A DNA stretch of 64,000 nt from NCBI GenBank assembly GCA_951406725.2, contig OX597822.1:63922001-63986000 (forward strand), in the 5' to 3' direction. Positions 1 through 10,551 of the stretch are shown here, piece after piece. Both the position numbers and the translations under genes were made by a program. The notes below the pieces were generated by a model. That model had not been told where the DNA came from and did not search any database. It was given only the letters and a program-made list of their open reading frames with translations. How positions within the stretch are numbered: the first letter of the stretch is position 1; the number at the start of each line of letters is the position of its first letter. Source of the DNA: Octopus vulgaris (taxonomy: Eukaryota).

Positions 1-81
1 ATTGCATCGGGGATTTAAGGGTTATACAATCATGGCTTTTAGACAGGTACCACAAGGGTTAAATATAACTTATCAATGTTA

Positions 82-1743
82 CTGTGTGGTAAGTAGCTTG
101 CTTACAAACCACATGGTGCCGGGTTCAGTCCCACTGCATGGCACCTTGGGCAAGTGTCTTCTACTATAGCCTCGGGCTGACCAAAGCCTTGTGAGTGGAT
201 TTGGTAGACAGAAACTGAAAGAAGCCTGTCGTATATATGTATATATGTGTATATATATATATATTTATTTTTCCACTGTTTATATATATATTTTTTACTG
301 TTTATATGTTTGTACTGCCGTTACCGTCTTGCTTTTTTTTTTACCCCTCTGCGAAAAGATCTCAGAATTTTAATTGATTTGCTTTTCGCAGGAAGGAAGT
401 TTTCTTCGAAGTATACGTCTCGCTTTTATCCTTCGAAACGTTTAGTAGATGAAACCTTAGCGACTGAAGAAGGAGATTTTTCGTTGTGCTTATTGTCCTG
501 TATCTCTCTTTTTTTGCTTGTCTTGTTCCTTGGTTTGTGTCTATGTTTTTCGTCTCTCTATGTGTTCGACGTCTTTTTGGTGTCCTGTACACATATATGC
601 GTGTATATGTACATGTAGAGGTAGGTACGTACATATATGTTTATATATATGCATATGTTCTATTTTATTAACATATTATACGACTAAACGCACGCACCCT
701 ATTAAGTAAGATTGTTCTGTTTATCAAGTTAGCCTTGATATTAACTCTCACGCGACTCTGCATCTTTCTTTCTTTCTCTCCCATTCCCTTTTTCGCCTTT
801 TTCCCTCACTTAACTTGTCTCTTCCTCTCTCTCTCCCCCTCACTGTTCTTCATGGTCTCCTCGCACCATTCCCCTTCTTCTCTCTCTTCCTCTTGCTCCT
901 CCTCCCCCATTCCCGTCGTCCATCTGCGACGATACTTCCGTCGTAACTGCTATCCTGTCTTTTCTCGCCCGCCTTCTAAGGCTACTGGTCGACATCTTCC
1001 TCTCTCGTCGTCCACTATAATCCAGCGTTTGCAATACTTTTTTCGTCTGGCGTTAACAGCCCTTCTTTGTTCTCCTTGTCCTGTCTCTCACTGTTATATA
1101 TTTATTTTTCCACTGTTTATATATATATTTTTTACTGTTTATATGTTTGTACTGTCGTTACCGTCTTGCTTTTTTTTTTACCCCTCTGCGAAAAGATCTC
1201 AGAATTTTAATTGATTTGCTTTTCGCAGGAAGGAAGTTTTCTTCGAAGTATACGTCTCGCTTTTATCCTTCGAAACGTTTAGTAGATGAAACCTTAGCGA
1301 CTGAAGAAGGGGATTTTTCGTTGTGCTTATTGTCCTGTATCTCTCTTTTTTTTGCTTGTCTTGTTCCTTGGTTTGTGTCTATGTTTTTCGTCTCTCTATG
1401 TGTTCGACGTCTTTTTGGTGTCCTGTACACATATATGCGTGTATATGTACATGTAGAGGTAGGTACGTACATATATGTTTATATATATGCATATGTTCTA
1501 TTTTATTAACATATATATATATATATATATATATGTGTATGTTTGTGTGTCTGTTTGTCTCTCCAACATCGCTTGACAACCGATGCTGGTTTGTTTACGT
1601 CCCAATCACTTAACGGTTTGGCAAGAGAGACTGATAGAATAAGTACTAGGTTTACAAAGAATAAGTCCTGGGGTTGATTTGCTTGACTAAAGGCGGTGCT
1701 CCAGCATGACCACAGTCAAATGAATGAAACAAGTAAAAGAGTA
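82..1743 (+). mobile_element. tRNA-derived SINE (family 1), split by a 1.26-kb insertion in its internal (TA)n
   Basis: The head (82-~250, B-box ggttcagtccc) and the tail (~1530-1743, ending gaaacaagtaaaagagt) match the two halves of the intact copy at 10106-10551. Confidence 0.8.
250..1514. mobile_element. Young element with ~420-bp direct terminal repeats around a ~420-bp internal segment (LTR/TRIM-like or Penelope-like)
   Basis: 264-676 and 1101-1514 are nearly identical (2 substitutions and a poly-T length difference seen). The second repeat reads TGTTA (1092) ... TAACA (1511). The element is CpG-rich and sits inside (TA)n. Confidence 0.7.
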
Positions 1744-1756
1744 ACCCTTTACCATT

Positions 1757-2170
1757 CATGGGATGATGTGGTGAGAACGGATTTTCAGATGCTGGGCCTC
1801 ACTATGGAAATGACAAGGGACCGGGAGGTGTGGTGATTTACTGTATTTGATAAGGTATGTCAAAGCTAAGTAAAATCACTATCGTCTACACATACAGACT
1901 TGTCCTTTTGGGTGCTGGCGCCACTTAAAAAGCACTCATGCTGGTGCTGCGTAAACGCATGCATGTTGGTGCTGTGTAAATGCACCTGTGATGGTGACGC
2001 ACAAATAGCACCCAGAATACTTTGGGTTGGCATTAGAAAGGACATCCAACTGTAGAAACCATGCCACAACAGGCAATAGGAGTCTAGACAGCTTCCTGCT
2101 AGCCAACTCTATGTCAAACCGTCCAACCCATGCCAGCATGGAAAGCAGATGTTAAAAGATTGATGATGAT
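1757..2170 (+). mobile_element. 3' end of an RTE-type LINE (family B): ORF C-terminus plus 3' UTR with (ATG)n tail
   Basis: 1759-1833 translates WDDVVRTDFQMLGLTMEMTRDREVW, an RTE-like ORF end. It is followed by the widespread UTR ...ccaacccatgccagcatggaaagc...gatgatgat. Confidence 0.65.
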
Positions 2171-2563
2171 TATTCTGTCAAATGCAAGAGAGGAGGGGCA
2201 TGGCCTGTTTAAGAAAACATCACATTTCACTCATTCTGGACATGAACATGTAACTATAACCCTTACAGTCACTTTAGGTGGTGGATGTCACCATCAATGA
2301 TGATCTCTCCTGGTGTATGCATGCCCTCAATACAGCAAAACATATATCTTTTCCCAACTCGTTTGAGAGTTAGAAAATAATTTAGCCCCAAAGGCATTGG
2401 TCAGACCATGACTAGAGCACAAGACAATTGCCAAGATGGCATGAAGCAGAACAGAACCTGAAACCATGTAGTTGCAAAGTGAAATTCCTCAGTGCACAGC
2501 AAAACCTGCACAGAAACTACAAAGAAATCAATCAAAGGTGGGGGACAAAAATGGGAATCTTAC

Positions 2564-2848
2564 CTAAATCTGTGTTTTCTTGCAAAACAGCCGGTCTACT
2601 ACGACGACTTGTATTCATGTTTTTGGCCTCACAATAATATTTTCCAAAATCTATTGCTCGCACGTTTGTAATTTCTAGAAATCCATCTGAATACATTTTT
2701 ATGTGATTGGACCGTTTCAATAGGACATTGTTCTTGTACCAGGAGTATTTTGGTTGAGGAATACCGTCAATGGAGCATTGGAACATGGCTATGTCACCCA
2801 GGTAAACCTTGAGCGTCTCGGGTGTGATTGAGAACATCTTGGCCATAT
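2564..2848 (-). CDS. NEO1: DCC/neogenin-family exon encoding Ig2
   Basis: Acceptor tttttttccag| and donor TTAG|gtaaga. The 285-nt exon is symmetric phase 1-1 and encodes an I-set Ig domain: MFQCSIDGIPQPKYSWYKN...GFLEITNVRAIDFGKYYCEAKN. It is in frame with the previous exon. Confidence 0.9.
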
Positions 2849-2931
2849 CTGGAAAAAAAAAACAAAACATATATTGTCATCATTTAACATCTGTTTTCCA
2901 TGCTAGCATGGGTTAGACAGTTTAACTGGAA

Positions 2932-3050
2932 CTAGTAAGTCGGAGAGCTGCACCAAGTTCCAGTCTGATTTGGCATGGTTTCTATGGCCGGATGCCCTAG
3001 AAATCATGCCAAATCAGATTGGGACCTGATGCAGCTCTCTGGCTTACCAG
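2932..3050. repeat. Inverted repeat (53-bp arms, 13-nt loop) formed from the RTE-B 3' UTR
   Basis: 2932-2984 is the reverse complement of 2998-3050 with 8 transition differences. Confidence 0.85.
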
Positions 3051-3108
3051 ATATAAATACAATCCAAATAAAAAAAAAAAACAAAGAAAGAGTGTAGCAC
3101 ATCCTTAA

Positions 3109-3554
3109 CCAATTAGTATTTAACCCTTTCGTTACTGTATTTATTTTGACATGCTCTGTGTTTCTTTCAGTCGATTTTAAATGTAACAAAGAATTTAGTA
3201 AAATAACTTAGCTATCATTCAGTTAGTGTTAGGAACATAAATTGTGACTAAGGTTTGGTGGAAGATTTTAATTCAAAACTTTTGAAAACAAGATATTTGT
3301 ATTACAGAGCCAGAGCCGGTTTCAGCCGGGTTGGTAACGAAAGGGTTAAACCGGCCAAATCTGGCCCATATATTGTACGTGTTTTATGTTCAAACTAGCC
3401 AGACCCAGCTTCTTTCACCTTCCCTACAATGTCACTCTAAAAAGAAACCATCATATCATTGAAATCTCAAGGCTAAGAGATAATTCCTGATTAATATAGA
3501 ATGATGGGAATAAATATGCATTATATTTGACAGAATAATCTGAATACTAAATGG
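3109..3554. mobile_element. piggyBac-like MITE (family B) carrying a nested MITE
   Basis: TTAA at 3105-3108 and 3555-3558. The body matches copies at 14213-14432, 16485-16709, 19029-19195, 38655-38824 and 61335-61830. Confidence 0.7.
3124..3345. mobile_element. piggyBac-like MITE (family A)
   Basis: Perfect 12-bp TIRs CCCTTTCGTTAC/GTAACGAAAGGG and a TTAA target duplication (3120-3123, 3346-3349). Confidence 0.88.
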
Positions 3555-3821
3555 TTAATGACCACTTACAATTGTTTCAAAGCCACTCTGTTCTAATGGC
3601 TCTGAATGGATGTGAGAAGTTATGTAATATTTGTGCTTTTAAACATTAGTGTAGCACTTCATCAGACCTGCACCAAAAGGTGTGCTCTTATACTGAATGT
3701 CAGTCAAGTGTTGTATGTTGCTTTTATTTGGGAGAACACAAGTATGAAATAATAAAAATGGTGAAATAGTAGACAGGCTCTAGATGATAACAATACCTTT
3801 ATGTTAAAGATAATAAACATT

Positions 3822-4078
3822 CATCATCACCATTTAATGTCTATTGTCCATGCTGGCATGGGCTGGATGGTTTGACTAGGGCTGGAAAGCAGAGGGGCTG
3901 CACCAGACTCCAGTCTGATTTGGTATGGTTTCTATGACTGGATGCCTTTCCTAATGCCAACCGTTAATGTAGTGGGTGCTTTTTATGTACCAGTTGTGTG
4001 ACACCAGTATCTGCCATAACTATCATCTCATTTGGCTTGATGGTTCTGTTCAAGCATGGCATATTGCCAAAGGTATTA
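3822..4078 (-). mobile_element. RTE-B LINE 3' end
   Basis: (CAT)n tail, then ccatgctggcatggg and ggatgcctttcctaatgcc. It runs directly into the 27-bp minisatellite. Confidence 0.7.
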
Positions 4079-4700
4079 GTCATTTGTCATTGCCTCCATG
4101 AAGCGGTCATTTGCCATTGCCTCCATGAGGTGGTCATTTGCCATTGTCTCCGTGAGGTGGTCATTTGTCATTGCCTCTGTGAGGCCGTCATTTGCCATTG
4201 CCTCCATGAGGTGGTCATTTGCCATTGTCTCCGTGAGGTGGTCATTTGTCATTGCCTCTGTGAGGCCGTCATTTGCCATTGCCTCCATGAGGTGGTCATT
4301 TGCCATTGTCTCCGTGAGGTGGTCATTTGTCATTGCCTCTGTGAGGCCGTCATTTGCCATTGCCTCCATGAGGTGGTCATTTGCCATTGTCTCCACGAGG
4401 CGGTCATTTGTCATTGCTTCAGTGAGGCAGTCATTTGTCATTGCCTCCGTGAGGCAGTCATTTGTCATTGCCTCCGTAAGGCAGTCATTTGTCATTGCCT
4501 CTGTAAGGCATTCATTTGTCATTGCCTCCGGGGAAGCAGTCATTTGTCATTGCCTCTGTGAGGTAGTCATTTGTCATTGCCTCCGGGGAAGCAGTCATTT
4601 GTCATTACCTCTGTGAAGCAGTCTTTTGTCATTGCCTCCGTGAGGCAGTCATTTGTCATTGCCTCCGTGAAGCAGTCATTTGTCATTGCCTCTGCGAGGC
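4079..4700. repeat. 27-bp minisatellite, ~23 units, with an 81-bp higher-order repeat
   Basis: Unit gtcatttgtcattgcctccgtgaggca. A trimer of variant units repeats three times over 4106-4348. Confidence 0.95.
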
Positions 4701-4889
4701 TCAAAGAAATTAATGCAACAAATACCTGACTGAAACAAGTATCAAGGTAGGTATGATTTGAGTAAAAGCCTTGAAAGTGGTATTTAAGCAAAGCCACAAT
4801 GTAGCATAGGAATAAAGTAAAAAAGAACTAACAGTATGAAAAAAAATACAAAAGACTCTAAAGAAAAGAGACATGGAGTGAACACTTAC

Positions 4890-5035
4890 GCGCAATTTGT
4901 ACATGAGCCGGTTTGCTGATAATCGTTCCAACGCTAGGCACTTCAGCAAAACATTGGTATTCACCAACATCACCAACATTGGACTTGCTGTGTTGGACGT
5001 TTTGTATATACAAGGAGCCATTTTTCAGTTGCTGT
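4890..5035 (-). CDS. NEO1: DCC/neogenin-family exon encoding the C-terminal half of Ig1
   Basis: Acceptor ttctgttatgcag| and donor C|gtaagt. The 146-nt exon (phase 2 to phase 1) completes the split Arg codon AG+A. It encodes RQQLKNGSLYIQNVQHSKSNVGDVGEYQCFAEVPSVGTIISKPAHVQIA, which resembles the DCC/neogenin Ig1 signature QQL.NGSL.I.N..HS....D.G.YQC.A.....G.IIS. Confidence 0.92.
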
Positions 5036-5289
5036 CTGCATAACAGAAAAAAAAAAAAAGTAGGGATAACATAAGACCTTAATGAAAAACCAGTTTCTTG
5101 GAATGTGAAGTAAGCAATTATATTGTGTGGGAGAGAATAATATTTAACATTCATGTGTATTGTATTTAAATGTTTCCTGAATGCTACATTATGGTCTCTT
5201 AACATGCTAAGGTATTTGGGTCCTTTTTTCCCAGACCATAAAATAGGTAACTTTCCACTCTCTTGGATTCACCTCTATCCCCAACTCTA

Positions 5290-5520
5290 GGGTGGCTTAG
5301 CGGTTAGGGTGTTGGACCCATGATTGTAAGACTGTGGTTTCGATTCTAGACTGGGCAATGCATTGTGTTTTTAAGCAAATCACTTCATTTCATGTTGCTC
5401 CAGTCCATTCAGCATGCAAAAATAAGTAATCCTGTGATGGGCAGGTGTCTCATCCAGGTGGAGAATTTACACGCAATGGAAATCGAACCCCTATTAGTCA
5501 GCATGACCTGAGAAGGCAAC
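5290..5520 (+). mobile_element. tRNA-derived SINE (family 3b)
   Basis: A-box tggcttagcggtt and B-box ggtttcgattc. Homologous to 27668-27898 (+) and 21440-21660 (-). Confidence 0.7.
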
Positions 5521-5584
5521 TTTTTACTCATCTCTATCCCTCTGTCATTCTCCTTCCTCACTCTTGTGAATTTACCAACCTCCT

Positions 5585-5900
5585 GGTGGCACGTGAAAAA
5601 ACATTCAAGCAAGTTCGTTGCCAGTGCCGCTGGACTGGCTCCTGTGCAGGTGGCACATAAAAAGCACCATTTGAGCATGGCTGCTGCCAGTACTGCCTGA
5701 CTGGCCCTCGTGCTGTGGCATGTAAAAGCACCCACTACACTCTCAGAGTGGTTGGCATTAGGAAGGGTATCCAGCCGTAGAAACTGTCAGATCAGATTGG
5801 AGCCTAGTGCAGCCATCTAGTTCACCAGTCCTCAGTCAAACCGTCCAACCCATGCTAGCATAGAAAGCGGATGTTAAACGACGACGATGATGATGATGAT
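5585..5900 (+). mobile_element. RTE-B LINE 3' UTR copy
   Basis: ggcattaggaagggtatccagccgtagaaac...ccaacccatgctagcat...gatgatgat. Near-identical relatives lie at 9350-9485, 19205-19493 and 29725-29968. Confidence 0.75.
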
Positions 5901-6060
5901 TCATCTTGTTCCCACTCTTTTGTACCACTTCTATATTCGCCTTCATGTAATTTGAATACACCTTGGTTCCTCTTTATTTCTTGTTTACCATTTGGGGGAG
6001 GGGGCATGTATTTCCTCTACAGTAAGAACCTGTTTGTGTCCCCTCTATCATACTCTAGCC

Positions 6061-6333
6061 CAGTGGTTCTCAAACAGGATCCATTTGGCCCTTAGAGGTC
6101 CATGTAAGATACTGATGTTAACTATTTGTTTAATAAAATGGTTATATTTCTACAAAGCATAAAATAATTTAACAGTTTTTAAAAAAATATAATCCCTAAT
6201 AATATTTAATTAAAGAAATATATGATTTTTTTAAACATCAAATGAGTATGGGGGTCCACCCAAGTAAAATAGGGATCAAAGGAGCCCATAAGCAAAAAAA
6301 AAACCAAAAAAAAACAGTCCTTGAGAAACACTA
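6061..6333. mobile_element. hAT (Charlie-like) MITE
   Basis: Termini CAGTGGTTCTCAA...TTGAGAAACACTA with a degenerate 8-bp TSD (ctctagcc/ctctaatc). Confidence 0.65.
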
Positions 6334-6699
6334 CTCTAATCTTTTATCATCTGGTATAAAGCCACCTCCCTCAGGACTACACCCATCAGAGTTGAGGAGC
6401 AGGGCTTTGTGTTGCAAATTACTTGGTGATTTTACTAGTGCTGGTACTGTATAAAAAACGCCCAGTAAACTATGTGAAGTGGTTGGTGTCAGCTCCCGTC
6501 AAAGCATCCAACCCATGCCAGCATGGAAAACGGATGTTAAATGATGAAGATGATGATGATGGTGATGATGATGAAGTCGATGCTTACAGTTCTTCAGTGT
6601 CATGTTCTGTTAGTTTAGCAGAGGACATGAAGGTCTTAAAAGTCAGCCAGAACTGATATATGCTATTAGACACACAAACATCATGCTAAATACCAACTC

Positions 6700-6910
6700 A
6701 GAGATGAAGAAGATTCTCCAGGTCAAACTGCTGCTTCTCTGCATTGAGAGATTACAGCTCTGGTACTATGGCTGTAAGATTATAATGTGGCAGAAAAGAA
6801 TTTCAAAGCAAATTCTTAAAACTGAGCCAACCAGCAGGAGACGTAAGGGTGGAGCAAAAACAAGATGCTTATATAAAATCCATAGTCTCAGTTGGACATG
6901 CTTGGGAATT
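6700..6910 (+). pseudogene. Decayed RTE LINE ORF fragment (C-terminal region)
   Basis: Translates LLLCIERLQLWYYG...KQILKTEPTSRRRKGGAKTR, resembling the RTE L.W.GH...R..GRP.TRW region. Confidence 0.45.
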
Positions 6911-7899
6911 TAATTTGAAAATGTAATAACAGTTGTTTTTAGATACGGCCCTATAGAGGAGGGGTCCTGCGAATTCTACCCCTACAACCTTCCCAAGAAC
7001 AGTGGATGGAGAATATGGCTGGATGGATTTTAACAGATTGATTGGGATCACTGCAGTTCTGTTATTAGTTTTGTGGATGTTATTGGTAGATCTTGTTTCC
7101 CAAAAAATAACAAATGGAGAATAACTTTTCCATTTTAATCCGTATTATTAAAAATGCAATAGCTCAAGATTTTCTTCTTTTATATTTACAAGAATTCAGA
7201 CATTTTCGAATCAGTTGTTTAGAATGTTATGAACATTAACATTCCTAGGCTGATGGACTTAAAAATGTTAATCTTCAAAATAAACTATAAGGGAATTAGC
7301 CAGAAAAATACGGAAAAATTCTTATCCAAATTTCTTAAAAAATGTTTTAAATAATAATAATGTTATGATGTACTGATGTTCTAGTAACTTATGGATTTTC
7401 AAATACAGCAATAAGGCAAAGTTTAAAATTGGAATGTGAAGAACCAGAACTAATATAATAAAATGTGGCTGTGAGGTTAAGAAGCCTGCATTGCAACCAC
7501 ATAGTTTGGAGTTCAATTCCACTGTGTGGCACCTTGGGAAAGTGTCTTCTGCTATAGCTCTATGGCAGCACAAAGCATTGTGAAATTGGCAGACAGAAAC
7601 TGTAGGGAAGTCTGTTGAGTATGTGTGTATGTGTATGAATATATATATGTGTGTATATGTATATATATGTGTGTTTGTCCATCCTCCAGTAATTGACAAC
7701 TGGTGCTAGTTTGTTTATGTATCCATAACTTAGCAGCTCAACAAAAAAGAATGATAGAATAAGTTAAAAACGAATAAATAGTGGGGTCAGTTTGTGCAAC
7801 TAAACCCTGCCGGGCTGCACTCCAATGACTAGAACAAGTAAAAGATAGTATTACAAAATACTTTCTCTTTCACTCTACCACTTCATCATTTGAATGCAT

Positions 7900-8230
7900 T
7901 ACAAGAGCATGCAAGCCATGAAGAAAGGTGCAGTTAGCAAAGTGAAGTGTCCGTAAGGAATTTAGCATTCAAGTAGGTGTGCATTGGAGCTCGGCTCTCA
8001 AGCTCCACCCTGTTTCTCACAGATCCTCAGGTCATAACAGAGAAGTTTAAGACTGAATGCTTGCAGTAGCTTTTGTATACTGATGACCTTAGTTTTTATA
8101 ACTGAATCAATTGAAGAATTAAAAGAAAAATTCAAAACAAGGAAGCAGGACTTAGAGTTAAGATAAGACTACAGGTTTTGTTAGTAGGAGAAAATAATAG
8201 AACTCCACTGCCATTTAGAAAGTAGCTATA
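7900..8230 (+). pseudogene. Decayed RTE-type reverse transcriptase fragment
   Basis: Frameshifted remnants EFSIQVGVH.SSAL..., LLYTDDL (YADD box, ~8070-8090) and ITESIEELKEKFKT. Confidence 0.6.
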
Positions 8231-8762
8231 TCTGCTAAGCAGCCAAGGGAGTTGATAAGACACTTTAGACATTGCATTCAGTCTAAAAATGTAATCTATG
8301 GATGCACAAAAGTGTTGACGGTTTTTATTACCTTTACTGCAGTTCAGGTGAGTGCTGCAAAAGTTTAAGTAGCTAGAGTTTGGGTGAAGAAGAAAATTTA
8401 GTTAACTATGTAATCTCTGTTGGCAACAAAGGGCTACTTTCTCCAAGCGAAGGGCAAATTATATGAAGCCAGAGATATGGACATAAAATGCTGATAATGG
8501 TGATAAAAGTTTTAATAGCTCAGAAATCACATACTGCTTGTTAACTCCAAAAGTTTAGTATCTGTAATGTTCTTGTATTACAACCCAAAATTTAAAAAAC
8601 TAAAATAAATGAAAAATAAAGAAAAAAATAACATAAGGGACTAAAGCCATCTGAATATGGCTAGGGACAGGGCAGGGTGGTGGGGGTGGTTGGAAAAAAA
8701 ACAGAAAATGGTAATGGGGAATTACGGGAAGGAAAAAAAGAAAGTCTATTTGTTTTGCATAC

Positions 8763-8919
8763 CTCGTATGTAAGAGTTCGTTGTCTTTTTTCCAAAAGAT
8801 ATTTGTTTTATTATATCCGTGCTGGGCATTGCAGTGTAACTGTATATCTTCACCTCGATTGGTGACCACATCACTTGGCTCAACAGTGAAATGGAACTTT
8901 CTGAAGTGAACAGAAGACC
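8763..8919 (-). CDS. NEO1: DCC/neogenin/frazzled-family netrin receptor, internal exon encoding the N-terminal half of Ig1
   Basis: Acceptor ttttcttgcag| ends at 8920 and donor AG|gtatgc starts at 8762. The 157-nt exon (phase 1 to phase 2) encodes GSSVHFRKFHFTVEPSDVVTNRGEDIQLHCNAQHGYNKTNIFWKKDNELLHT, matching the Ig1 start (F..EPSD...C...W.KD) of DCC/neogenin. The symbol denotes the DCC/NEO1 family. Confidence 0.88.
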
Positions 8920-9233
8920 CTGCAAGAAAAGACAGCAAAAAAAGATTATTAGAGTTGAAGGACAATAAGAATACATATATACATATCATCATTACATCCT
9001 CATCAACATTACCATTACCATTTTAACATCTGCTTTTCCAAGTTCGCATGGCTTGGATGGAATTCAATGAGGCAGATTTTCTGTGGTTGGGTGCCCTTCC
9101 TGTCACCAACCCTCATTTGTTTTTAAGTGAGGTAATATTTCTCCATGGCCAGACATGTTTTCATAGATAATTGGAAATAAAAGATAGTACTTCTAAGATG
9201 GTGATACTTATTTACATTTAACACATGTCATTG

Positions 9234-9474
9234 TCATCATCGTTTAACATCTGCTTTCCATGCTAGCATGGGTTGGACGATTTGACTGAGGACTGGCGAA
9301 CCAGATGGCTGCACCAAGCTCCAATCTGATCTGGCAGAGTTTCCACAGGAAGGGCATTCAGCTGTAGAAACTGCCAGATCAGATTGGAGCCTGGTGCAGC
9401 CATCTGGTTTGCCAGTCCTCAGTCAAATCGTCCAACCCATGCTAGCATGGAAAGCGGATGTTAAACGATGATGA
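9234..9474. repeat. Near-perfect inverted repeat (~115-bp arms, 13-nt loop) of the RTE-B 3' UTR
   Basis: 9234-9348 versus 9362-9474: 4 substitutions and one 2-nt indel. Confidence 0.92.
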
Positions 9475-9734
9475 TGATGATGATATGATGTCTTGGCAAG
9501 GACACACACACAAAACAGGCTTCTTTCTGTTTCCTCCTACCAAATCCACTTGAAAGGCTTTAGTTGAACTGGGGCTATAGCAGAAGATACATGCCCAAAG
9601 TGCCATGCAGTGGGATTGAACTTGAAACCATGTGGTTGGGAAGCACACTTCTTAACTACATGGCTATGTCTGCACCTATCCGTGTATGTGTTTATGTTTG
9701 GAGTGGTACGAGACATTACAAAGAGAACATAAAC

Positions 9735-10030
9735 ACCCCCTTTATTCATGAATGACAATGGGATTGCCCCAAGAAAGGTCCCCTCCGAGGTACAAGTCCT
9801 GGCAAGGTTGTTTGTAGAAGACCAATAGTCGCCCATGCATACCAGCCTCCTCTCTTCATGCCACCAATGTTGTCCAAGGGAAAGGGAAAGGCCGATACAG
9901 CATGGCACTGGTGATGTCGTAACTCATTTCTACAGCTGAGTGAACTGGAGCAAACATGAAATTAAGTGTCTTGCTCAAGAAGACAACACACAGCCCAGTC
10001 CAGGGTTCTAACTACTGTGCCATGTACCTA
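9735..10030 (-). mobile_element. tRNA-derived SINE (family 3a)
   Basis: Homologous to 34413-34691 (+) and to the tail at 41348-41545 (-). Shares the central ttgagcaag...ctccagttcactcagctg block. Confidence 0.7.
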
Positions 10031-10105
10031 CACAAAGAGTACATATAAAAAGGTTAATGATGGCTTTAACAATAGAATACTAAAAAGAATAACAAAAAAT
10101 ATATA

Positions 10106-10274
10106 AGCGCAAGAGTGGCTGTGTGGTAAGTAGCTTCCTTACCAACCACATGGTTCTGGGTTCAGTCCCACTGCGTGGCATCTTGGGCAAGTGTCTTTTA
10201 CTATAGCCTCAGACTGACCAAAGCCTTGCAAGTGGATTTGGTAGATGGAAACTGAAAGAAGCTCGTAGTATATA

Positions 10275-10324
<50 letters not shown>

Positions 10325-10551
10325 TGTGTGTGTGTATGTGTATGGGTGTTATGTGTTTATCCCCCCAACATCGCTTGACAACTGATGCTGGTGTGTTTAT
10401 GTCCCTGTAACTTAGCGGTTCGGCAAAAGAGACCGATAGAATAAGTACTAGGCTTACAAAGAATAAGTCCTGGGGTCAATTTGCTTGACTAAAGGTGGTG
10501 CTCCAGCATGGCCACAGTCAAAATGACTGAAGCAAGTAAAAGAGTAAAAGA
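10106..10551 (+). mobile_element. tRNA-derived SINE family 1, full length
   Basis: A-box tggctgtgtgg, B-box ggttcagtccc, internal (TG)n and 3' tail gtaaaagagtaaaag. More than 20 full or partial copies occur in the window. Confidence 0.88.

Noticed and set aside
425-480. Permuted hammerhead in the direct repeat (GAAACGTT...CTGAAGA)
   Set aside because: I could not build a convincing stem I and stem II around the core.
2275-2345. Possible old LINE RT fragment (VTINDDLSW.MH)
   Set aside because: Too short to support without a profile search.
4079-4700. CRISPR-like periodicity
   Set aside because: Head-to-tail repeats with no unique spacers, no cas genes and a eukaryotic context.
3998-4797. 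ORFs with Cys/His-rich VICHCLHE or EAMTND repeats
   Set aside because: They are translations of the 27-bp minisatellite, open on both strands only because the unit is a multiple of 3.
10106-10180. tRNA genes at SINE heads
   Set aside because: A/B boxes are present, but there is no full cloverleaf and each head continues into a repeated SINE body.
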